IMG/VR virus record: IMGVR_UViG_3300028835_000602
Span: 1 to 60,491 of that record
Strand: one strand, 5' to 3'
Source of the DNA: a virus
Taxonomy: Duplodnaviria; Caudoviricetes
DNA: 60,491 nt
This document shows, piece by piece, positions 25,175 to 33,900 of this stretch (position 1 is the first letter of the stretch; every line of letters begins with the position of its first letter). The notes below the pieces were generated by a model that did no database searches, was not told the origin of the DNA, and worked only from the letters and a program-made list of their open reading frames with translations. The translations under genes and the position numbers were made by a program.

Positions 25175-27889
25175 ATGGATCTGATGGCGAAGATAGATAA
25201 GAAGAGCGGTGAGGCCGACATCACGGTCTCGATAGTAATCCTCACCCGGAACAACCTTCCGATCACAATCGACTGCCTGATGGCGGTGACCGAAACGCTG
25301 CCTGATGGCGTGGAAGCCGAGATCATTGTGGTAGACAACCACTCGACCGATGGGACCCGGATGTGGCTGGCATGGTTCGGATCGATGTACGCCAATCCGG
25401 AGACGAACCCCCACCCGACGAAGAAGATCAGGCTCCGACAGATCCTTTTGGACCGGAACTACGGGTTCCCGGCCGGCTGCAACCGCGGCTTCCGGAAGGC
25501 GAAGGGCGACGTGGTGGTATTCCTGAATAATGACGCGGTCGTTACGCCTGGCTGGTTCGAGGAGCTGCTGACTCCCCTGATCTACGTCCCGGAGGCCAGC
25601 TTCACGGCACCGGTGAGCAACTTCAGCGGGGGGAACCAGCAGGTCAAGGCCCCGTACACTAACCAGGAGCAGATGCTGAAGTTTGCAGAGGAGAACCTGG
25701 GAAAGAACCACAAGAAGGCGGTGGCATCGTGGATGGTGACAGGCCTGTGCCTGATGGCGCAGCGGGACTTCCTCCAGGAGCTGGTGGGGTTCCACGTCCC
25801 GGCCGGCCAGCTGTTCGATGAGCGGTTCTTCCCGGGAATGTGGGAGGACAACGATCTGTGTCTCCGGGCTCGGCTGAAGAGCCGGCAGAGCCTGGTGTGC
25901 CAGGGGGCGTTCGTCCATCACGAGGGATCGAAGACGATCAGCAAGTTGGAGATCACGCCGCGGGAGCTGTTCGAAAGGAACCAGCGGAAGTTCCGGGAGA
26001 AGTGGCAGAAGGAGTTCCCGGCGGAGGACAAGATCGTGGCGATGCTCCGGGTAAAGAACGGGATCCGGCACATCCGAAGGTACTTCGAATCCCTGGAATG
26101 GGTCGACGAGATCGTGGTGCTGGACACAGGATCGACGGACGGGACGATCGAGGTGGTCGAGGAGAACCTGAAGAGAAACGGCGGGAAGGTGGCGGCCTTC
26201 AACCGGTCCCGCTTCCGGGACAAGTCGTTGCAGGAATATAAGGAGCGGCAGTTCCTCCTGGAGATGGCACAGAAACGCAACCCGACGTGGATCGTCCGCC
26301 AGGATGTCGACGAGGCCGTGGAGCTGAAGATCCGGGACAAGCTCCCGCTGATGCTTCGGCCGCTGGACCCGCAGACCCTCTGCTGGCAGTTGCCGATGAA
26401 GACCTTCTGGCGGGGGGAGAAGAAGTACCGGATAGACGGGGACTGGGGCAAGATGTGCCCGATGGTCCTCTTCCGGAACATGCCGGGGGATAAGCTCTTC
26501 GACAACAAGCACCCCCAGGGATTCCACACGCCGACGGTCCCGGTCTTCCAGTCGGGCAACGTGGGATTCGTCAACGTATCGATCCTCCATTACGGCTACT
26601 CGAGCTACCGAGAGGCCCAGAGGAAGCATACCTGGTACGTGAAGACGGACACGGAGAAGCGAAGGGGGGCGATCGGCGGGAGGGGCAACTACTCGCACCT
26701 GGTGGACGAGAGTGGCCTAAAGCTGCTTGACTACCATCCGGACGGGGGGATCAGCCTTCTGATGATGGCGAGGGCCAACGAACTCGAGGGCGCCGCCAAG
26801 GTGATCGAAGCGGTGGCCCCGTTCGTTGACGAGATCATCCTGGTTTATACGGACAACCAAGTAGAAGGTGTCGCTACTGACATACTGGAGATAGCTATCA
26901 AAGCGGCATTGCTTGAATATACCGGATTCTCTAAGCTCCCGATTCTGAGGGTTTACAAATATGACTGGAACGACGACTTCTCGGCCGCCCGGAACTTCGG
27001 CCTGGCGAAGTGCACCCGACGGTGGGTGATGTACCTGGATCCGGACGAGGAGCTATCATCCCAGGACCTGGGAAAGATCTCGGCGGTGACCGAGAGGGAC
27101 GAGACGATCATCCATATCTTCTCGGTGCTGAACCTCTTCGACGATCCCGGGGAAACCCTCAAGCCGCGGGCGAACATACAGGAGTCGATCAGGTTGTTCC
27201 GGAACATGCCGGGGAAGATCTACTTCGCAAACCTCATCCACGAGACGCTATGTGACGCCCTGGAGAAGATAAAGGGGGGACCCCCCCCACCCGGGCGCCC
27301 CGGAGTTCTGGTGAGGCACAAGGGGTATTTGGCGAGCCAGGAGGACATGAACCGGAAAATGTACCGGTATGCGCAGTTGAGCATGAAATGGGCGGAGCAG
27401 GCCCCGAACGACAGCCGGCCGCTCTACAACCTGGGGCTGCACTATCTGGATCTTGACGATATCGACACGGCCCTGGACTACTTCGAGCGGGCTCGGAAGA
27501 AGGACGACGGAAAGCTGTGGCAGGTCAACCAGGCCCTGATGGGGATATATCTCCGGAACGGCCAGGTGCTCGCCGAGGAGACGATGAGGAATATGCCGGA
27601 GGGCCATCCCCGGGTCGAGCAATTGAAGAAGATCGTGGAGATCCTGGCGGAGAATGTCGGGGAGGTCCAGCACGTGATAAGGGAGGTCCCGGATGGCGAC
27701 AGCAACTCTAAGGCTCTACGACAAACAGGTGCAGGCGCGACTGCGGAAGTCGGCAAAGCGGGCGGTGACAAAATCGATCAGGCTGGTAAACAGGCAGTTC
27801 ATAAGAAACATCAGCCTGACGGATCACTCGCTAAAGGAACTGGCGGACATGGGGCATCCATATCGCCCCGGGGGAAACCCGCCGCATAG
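25175..27889 (+). CDS. triple GT2 glycosyltransferase with C-terminal TPR
   Basis: VVDNHSTDGT/FLNND, VLDTGSTDGT/QDVDE, DFSAARNFG/YLDPDE; TPR LYNLGLHY...ALDYFERA. Confidence 0.92.
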   Translation: MDLMAKIDKKSGEADITVSIVILTRNNLPITIDCLMAVTETLPDGVEAEIIVVDNHSTDGTRMWLAWFGSMYANPETNPHPTKKIRLRQILLDRNYGFPAGCNRGFRKAKGDVVVFLNNDAVVTPGWFEELLTPLIYVPEASFTAPVSNFSGGNQQVKAPYTNQEQMLKFAEENLGKNHKKAVASWMVTGLCLMAQRDFLQELVGFHVPAGQLFDERFFPGMWEDNDLCLRARLKSRQSLVCQGAFVHHEGSKTISKLEITPRELFERNQRKFREKWQKEFPAEDKIVAMLRVKNGIRHIRRYFESLEWVDEIVVLDTGSTDGTIEVVEENLKRNGGKVAAFNRSRFRDKSLQEYKERQFLLEMAQKRNPTWIVRQDVDEAVELKIRDKLPLMLRPLDPQTLCWQLPMKTFWRGEKKYRIDGDWGKMCPMVLFRNMPGDKLFDNKHPQGFHTPTVPVFQSGNVGFVNVSILHYGYSSYREAQRKHTWYVKTDTEKRRGAIGGRGNYSHLVDESGLKLLDYHPDGGISLLMMARANELEGAAKVIEAVAPFVDEIILVYTDNQVEGVATDILEIAIKAALLEYTGFSKLPILRVYKYDWNDDFSAARNFGLAKCTRRWVMYLDPDEELSSQDLGKISAVTERDETIIHIFSVLNLFDDPGETLKPRANIQESIRLFRNMPGKIYFANLIHETLCDALEKIKGGPPPPGRPGVLVRHKGYLASQEDMNRKMYRYAQLSMKWAEQAPNDSRPLYNLGLHYLDLDDIDTALDYFERARKKDDGKLWQVNQALMGIYLRNGQVLAEETMRNMPEGHPRVEQLKKIVEILAENVGEVQHVIREVPDGDSNSKALRQTGAGATAEVGKAGGDKIDQAGKQAVHKKHQPDGSLAKGTGGHGASISPRGKPAA

Positions 27890-28178
27890 CCCGGCATGGC
27901 TGGTTCACAAGCAGTCTGGGGGCCTGGTACAGGACGCAGTTCTGAAGCCGGAGGTGTTAGAGACGGATGATTCGTTCGTCGCAAACTTCGGGCTGGATCC
28001 CAACGACCCCCAGGCCCGCGGTGTGGTGCTGGGGGACCAGGTGGGAATACCGATGATGCCACGGCCGGTAGTATGGGGAACTTTGGGACAGTTGAAGGAA
28101 GAGGTAAAGAAGACGATGATCGAAGAGATGAGAAGCGGATCAGGAGCTGGGACAATATCAGTGATAGGAACGGCATAA
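27693..28178 (+). CDS. neck/tail completion protein (HK97 gp10-like)
   Basis: RBS GGAGGT; PMMPRP motif; gene order. Confidence 0.65.
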   Translation: MATATLRLYDKQVQARLRKSAKRAVTKSIRLVNRQFIRNISLTDHSLKELADMGHPYRPGGNPPHSPAWLVHKQSGGLVQDAVLKPEVLETDDSFVANFGLDPNDPQARGVVLGDQVGIPMMPRPVVWGTLGQLKEEVKKTMIEEMRSGSGAGTISVIGTA

Positions 28179-28179
28179 G

Positions 28180-28599
28180 ATGGCAGACGAGCGGACAATA
28201 GAGGACTTCCCGGAGTTGTGGAGGTACATCTGCATCAACGATGAGGAGTTGCGAAAGGTAATCGGAAACCGCGCGTATCCGACACACATCACCCAGGTCA
28301 CAGGCCCGAAATACCCGTGCGGAACTCTACACGACTTCGATGCGACGCCGGACGTCGGGATCCCGGCGCTCAAATACGGGAACTACCTGATGGAGTCATG
28401 GGCGGATACGGATGTGGTAGCGAAGACGATACAAAACCACTTTGAAAGATTGTTCCATACCCTGGCCGGCAAGAGGTTCGGGATCACGATCGGTCAATGC
28501 TATATGCTGAGGGGTCCCAAGGTGGGGCCCTTCGACCAGGAGAAGAGCAAGTTCCACCGGATGAGCTATTGGCGGGTGGACTGGTGGAAGACGGCTTAA
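28180..28599 (+). CDS. tail terminator protein
   Basis: VIGNRAYP...YP pattern; upstream of the tail tube gene. Confidence 0.7.
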   Translation: MADERTIEDFPELWRYICINDEELRKVIGNRAYPTHITQVTGPKYPCGTLHDFDATPDVGIPALKYGNYLMESWADTDVVAKTIQNHFERLFHTLAGKRFGITIGQCYMLRGPKVGPFDQEKSKFHRMSYWRVDWWKTA

Positions 28600-28609
28600 C
28601 GAAGGCGGA

Positions 28610-28918
28610 ATGAAATCGAAAAAGGACAAGTTCGACCAGGCTCCCAACTCCCGGCAGGAGTGGCTGTGCAAAAGTTGCGCAACCGCCGGCAACCAGGTCG
28701 TGCTGGGGATCGTCGAGGGCGATTCCCTGCGGGTAAAGCACAAGGACCTGTACATCGAGATCTTCGGCGAAGCCAGAGTAATGATAAACTGCCCGAAGTG
28801 CGGCCAGAGGCAGGAGCTGAAATCGACGGCCTACGACCTGGTGATTGAATATCTAAAGAAACTGAAAGAGAAGGGGGAGCCGGCACCGGAGAGGCCCGGA
28901 CCGGCAGCGAAGGATTAA
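28610..28918 (+). CDS. Com-like zinc-ribbon protein
   Basis: WLCKSC...INCPKCG. Confidence 0.6.
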   Translation: MKSKKDKFDQAPNSRQEWLCKSCATAGNQVVLGIVEGDSLRVKHKDLYIEIFGEARVMINCPKCGQRQELKSTAYDLVIEYLKKLKEKGEPAPERPGPAAKD

Positions 28919-29039
28919 CGACTATAAGAGCTTACGGAAGGATTCGCGTCCCTCCCGAGCTCACAAATAGATACCATTGTGACAGCCTGAGGCTGAAAGG
29001 CTCGAAACAGAACTGCGCATGGTAGTTAGGAGGTGGCTT

Positions 29040-29627
29040 ATGGGCTTCCAAGTCAACTACAACGTGCCGACGTATGAGAAGAGAAATCTCACGTTTGGCC
29101 AGGCGCGCGTTTTTCTCGGGCCTCCGGGAGAGACGCCTACTAAGGACGTCGGGGCGACGGACGGAAATGTCGAACTGACGTTCACGAAGGAGACCCTCGA
29201 GGTTTGGCAGGGTTCTCCGTCGGTGCTGATCGCGCAGTACATAACCCTCCAAGGAGCTACCCTTCGTTTCACAGCGATGGAAGGGATGGCGAGATTGGAC
29301 CTTCTGAGATATGCGCTCGGGGCGGGCGACTATACAGGAACGGAGGGTGTAGGCACCGAAATCCTCGACTACGGCGGGAATGCGAACCTCGCCGAGGTTG
29401 CGGCCCGCGTTTTCCACAGGATGCCTAATGGGACGTGCGTTTTCTTCTACGTCTGGAGGGCACAGTCGCAGGCCGATTCAACCCTGTCCTTTAACAAGAC
29501 CGGGATGAGTGGACTCCCGATCGAGTTGAAGGTGCTGGATGGTGAGTACGACTTCACCGGAGCAGCACTTTCGACGACCAACAAGGGCAGGCTGTTCAGG
29601 GTCATTAAAATCAACGCCCCGGTATAG
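29040..29627 (+). CDS. major tail tube protein
   Basis: RBS AGGAGGT; DVGATDGNVELT motif. Confidence 0.8.
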   Translation: MGFQVNYNVPTYEKRNLTFGQARVFLGPPGETPTKDVGATDGNVELTFTKETLEVWQGSPSVLIAQYITLQGATLRFTAMEGMARLDLLRYALGAGDYTGTEGVGTEILDYGGNANLAEVAARVFHRMPNGTCVFFYVWRAQSQADSTLSFNKTGMSGLPIELKVLDGEYDFTGAALSTTNKGRLFRVIKINAPV

Positions 29628-29651
29628 GGGCATTAACCAGGGAGGGACGCG

Positions 29652-30245
29652 ATGAGTTCCGGAGAGAAGAAAGAAGGGAAGAAGAAGGAAACCCCGACGG
29701 TAACACCTATGTCGCCGCCGGGAGAAGAGGGAAGGCCCCAGGCATCCGAAGCGGCGCTGAAGATGGTGGCAAACATCCGGACGCACCAGGATGCGTATAA
29801 GAAACGGCTCGATGATCTGAGGAAGATGATCCGGGAGGGCCACACGGTCGAGGGCTGGATCCTGGAGGAGATAAAGGTTCCGCCGATCAAGGGGAAGAAG
29901 GAGAAGCAGGCGATCAAGCTGATCCTCGAGCTCTTCACCAAGAACCCGGAATTAGCCCGTGCGCTGAACCGGGAAGAGGGCCAGGATCTGGAGCCAACTG
30001 AAATCCTGAACCTGATCCTGGGCGCCCTGATGAAGGCGGTGGAGCTGCTGGAGGAGATGGCGGCATTGTTCGTGGAGAAAGACCGGGACTGGGTACAGGA
30101 CAACCTGATGGTCCCTGATATGGTGAAGGTCATCTCCCCTTTCTTAACCGCCGAGGCAGAGGGCTTCGTGGACATGATCAAGACGTTCAAGGAAGCGGGG
30201 ATGATGGGGACGATCGGAGCGATTTTGCCAATGATTTCAAAGTAA
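29652..30245 (+). CDS. tail assembly chaperone (G-like)
   Basis: Follows the tail tube gene; helical. Confidence 0.7.
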   Translation: MSSGEKKEGKKKETPTVTPMSPPGEEGRPQASEAALKMVANIRTHQDAYKKRLDDLRKMIREGHTVEGWILEEIKVPPIKGKKEKQAIKLILELFTKNPELARALNREEGQDLEPTEILNLILGALMKAVELLEEMAALFVEKDRDWVQDNLMVPDMVKVISPFLTAEAEGFVDMIKTFKEAGMMGTIGAILPMISK

Positions 30246-30256
30246 CGCTCCGACTG

Positions 30257-30532
30257 ATGAGGATGGGGGCTGGCTCGTTCGAACAAGCGGTCGACGTAGA
30301 CAATGAACAGGCCGATAGGCTAATAGCATACGACGACGAGTTCCGATTCGAGCAGGCCGAACTGGTGGCAAACTTGATAGCGATAAAGGTCAGCCAGATG
30401 TTCGGTGAGAAGGAAATAGATTACCCTCGACCCTCGGCGGAACCGGACAAGGATAAAAAAAGACCGGCAGTGAAGGGCGCGCCGCCGCTCACCGATGCAA
30501 TCGTCGATGAGCTGGTGAATATGACGAACTGA
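30257..30532 (+). CDS. tail assembly chaperone extension (T-like, -1 frame)
   Basis: No RBS; the -1 frame is open across the upstream stop. Confidence 0.6.
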   Translation: MRMGAGSFEQAVDVDNEQADRLIAYDDEFRFEQAELVANLIAIKVSQMFGEKEIDYPRPSAEPDKDKKRPAVKGAPPLTDAIVDELVNMTN

Positions 30533-30542
30533 AAGAGGACGC

Positions 30543-30947
30543 ATGGATATCAAGGAAGCAAACAGAATAATGAAGAGCGCCGAAGTCAGAGATCGGAAGG
30601 CGCTCAAGGAGGAGGCGAAAAGCAGGATCCGGGAATACCTGGATGCCTCTCCGGAGGATCAATGGTCTCTGACGACGCTGACGTACAGACACAAGTTCGA
30701 CAAAGCGGGCTTTCTGATCGAGGCCATGAAATGGAAGGGGCTGATTAGGGGCTTCAAGGTGGAGAGGGTGAAGATCCTCTCCGGGGTGCAAGTGATAGTC
30801 TACGTAAGGTTGACGTTCACAAACGGGAGGTCGAGGACGGTGATGATACCGATGACTAAGGAAGCAGACATCCGAACGCCGGACATCGACGCCTCACTTG
30901 GAGTGGATGGCAGGAACGCCCCGCCATTTTACCAGGTACACAATTAA
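30543..30947 (+). CDS. hypothetical protein
   Basis: RBS AGAGGA; 134 aa. Confidence 0.7.
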   Translation: MDIKEANRIMKSAEVRDRKALKEEAKSRIREYLDASPEDQWSLTTLTYRHKFDKAGFLIEAMKWKGLIRGFKVERVKILSGVQVIVYVRLTFTNGRSRTVMIPMTKEADIRTPDIDASLGVDGRNAPPFYQVHN

Positions 30948-30977
30948 CACCCGGATCGTTCTTTTCGCGATGCCCGC

Positions 30978-33900
30978 ATGGATGAACTGATCGCGGAACT
31001 AATCGGGACGGTCTCGATAAAGGGACTGGAGAAGACCGCGGCCGACATTAACAAGGTCGCGCAGAATCTCCGGAAGCTTTCCAACCAGACCGGCCAGCAG
31101 CTGGGAAAGCAGGAGAACCGCTATCGCTCCTGGTCCCAGCGGATCAAGGGCTTCGCCGAAAAGAACGGTGCCGCCCTGCGATCCATGGGCCGCTACCTCA
31201 CCGTCCTGGGAGCAACCCTCACCGCACTGGTTACCAAGTCGGGCCAGCTTTTCGTCGCTTATGAGAAGGGCGCGTCCGACATTTCCACCCTTTTGTCCGG
31301 TGGGCTGACGGAGATCTCCGGCCAGATGGCGATTTTCGACCAGGGGATAAAGCAGCTCTCCGTCGACTTCGATCAGACCACTGACAATCTCCAGAGGGGC
31401 CTGTACGACATCCTCTCTGCGTCGATTGCCCCGGCGGATGCGCTCCAAGTGCTGGCGGTGGCAAGTGAGGCGGCGACTGCCGGGCTGACCTCTGTCGGGG
31501 TGTCGGCCGATGCCCTGACGACCATCCTCAACGCCTACCAACTGGAAGCCTCCCAAGCCACCGAAGTCAGCGATAAGCTGTGGGCGATTGTCAAGCGGGG
31601 GAAAGTCACCTACGAAGAACTTGCCGGGAGCATCGGGCTTGCCGCGTCAACGGCGGCCGTTGCCGGGCTACGCTTTGAAGAACTCGGAGCCCTGATCGCC
31701 ACCGCCACCCGGGCGGGGGTGAGAAACCGGATCGCCATGACGGGGGCACGGTCCACCCTGCTTGCCTTCCTCAAAAACACCGACGAGCAGAAGGAAGCCG
31801 CCCGCAAGTTTGGATTCGAGCTGAACGAGGTGACTCTGGCGGCTGAGGGGCTTGAGGGAGTTATCAAGAAACTGGCTGGGGCAAACGACCTGAACCGGGC
31901 GGCGACTGCCGCGGAGATCGTCGAGATTTTCCAGAACCGCCGGGCCTTGAATGTCCTGGCCCCGGTCCTCCAGGACGTCGCAGGTTTCACGAAAGACATC
32001 GCTTTGCTGAATGACTCGGCGGGGCTCTCCGCGCTCGCTTTCTCGAAGCGGGCGGATGACCTGGGCTTCCAACTCGGGCAGCTTTCCAAGCAGCTGAAGA
32101 TACTGATGATAGATTTCTTCGAGCCGCTGGTTCCCCTGATTAGAGGTATCGCCGACGCTATTGGTGGACTCCTGAAGTGGTTCGAGAATTTGAACGCGGG
32201 TATGAAGGGGGTAATCGCAACGATCACCCTGCTCTCGGGGGTGTTGCTGACGCTGACTGGAACCCTGGCATTTCTCCTCCCTGGTCTTCTCAAGTTTGGG
32301 GCATTACTGTCTGGGCCAATCGTGATCGGGATAGCCGCCGCTGTAGCTGTGCTCGTCGGGGCGGGGGGTCTGATAGCCGCAATCAGCGCAGCGAATAGCG
32401 AGTTCGAGGATGCGGGAAAAAATGCGTCGGAGTTTGCGGCGCGGCTTAAACAGACAGTGGCTGAGTATGAATCGACGCAAAAGAGGATCGAGCACCTGAT
32501 CTCAAAGTATGACGAGCTGAAGCTGAAACTGGCTGAACAGGAGAAGGGGACGGACGATTATATCAAGACGCAGAAGGAGCTAAAGAAGACTATCGACGCA
32601 ATTCTGAGAATAGTTCCGGATGCGGGGGGAGCGTGGAACGACTACGGGGTCATCATCGACATCGACAAGAAGAAAGTCGAGGAGTTCACCGAAGCTCAGA
32701 AAGAGAACCTTAAGATCACCCAGGAAATCGCGTCGATTACATCGGAAATCACCGCCCGCAGGCTCGAAGAAAACAGGGAGGCCAGGGAGGAGGAACGAAA
32801 GCAGGTCCAGGCCGACATCGAATTTTATACCCAGCAACAGGCTGCATTGAGGGCCAGGCTGGAGGCAGCGACAGTCCCAGGCCAGCCCCTGGAACTGATC
32901 CCCCCGAAGGCGACGATCGACAGATACAAGCTGGACATCCTGGAACTTGATAAACGGCTGAACCCGCTTAAGAAGACACTGGCCGAGCTGAATAAGGAGG
33001 GCAAGGAACATGAAGCGGCGTTACTGAATATGGCGTCCGGCCTGAAATTCATGTCCGATCAGGGGAGAATCTCAACAGCACAGCTTAACACCACCCTCGA
33101 TTCACTTCGAGGACTCCGGGCCGCATACAACGGATTGGTTGCGGGGGCCATCGAGCCGACGAAGACATCAATCGACATCCTCGGCGAAGCCTTCGCCAGG
33201 AGCAAAAAGGAGTTTCCAGACTTCAGGGCATACATCGACGACGTGCGGGAGGCCAGCCGGGCAACGATCAACTGGGGTGAGGTCGCCGGGAAGATCGGGA
33301 AGGAAATGGCGGACCTCGAGGCCGAGTTGGAGACCCTGTGGGAAGCGGGGGATTTCGAGGCGTTCTTTAAGAAACAGGTGGCATGGCTGGAGCTCCTGAA
33401 ACGCCAGAATAGCGCAATCACAGAGCAGGGGGACGAGGTTAAGAAGCTGGCGAAGGTAATCGACGAGACGGCCCAGCGGATGCTGGAGTTCGAGGGCTTC
33501 TCGATCCAGTCGCTGATCACCTACCTCGAGCTGCAGCGGGACAAGTTCGAGCAGGGATCGAACGAGTGGCTGGCCTACGAGCAGCTGAAGGTTAAATATA
33601 CTGACGAGGCAGCCGCGCAGATCATCCAGATCTGGGGGAACGTCACGACGGACTTCAAGGCCGGGCTGAGCGATATGCTCCAGGCGGGGCTCCAGGGATG
33701 GGACAACCTGGGGGACGCAGTGGACGACTTCGGGAAATCGATGGTGGCGTCCCTCCGCAAGGCGTTCGCAGACTCCATAATAGAGAAGCTGGGATTCGAC
33801 AATTTATTCAAGGAGAACATCCTTGGGCTTGAGGGGATACTTGGAGGCTTCGGACAATCAATCGCCTCGACATTTGGCGGTATCTTCTCCTCTATTGGGG

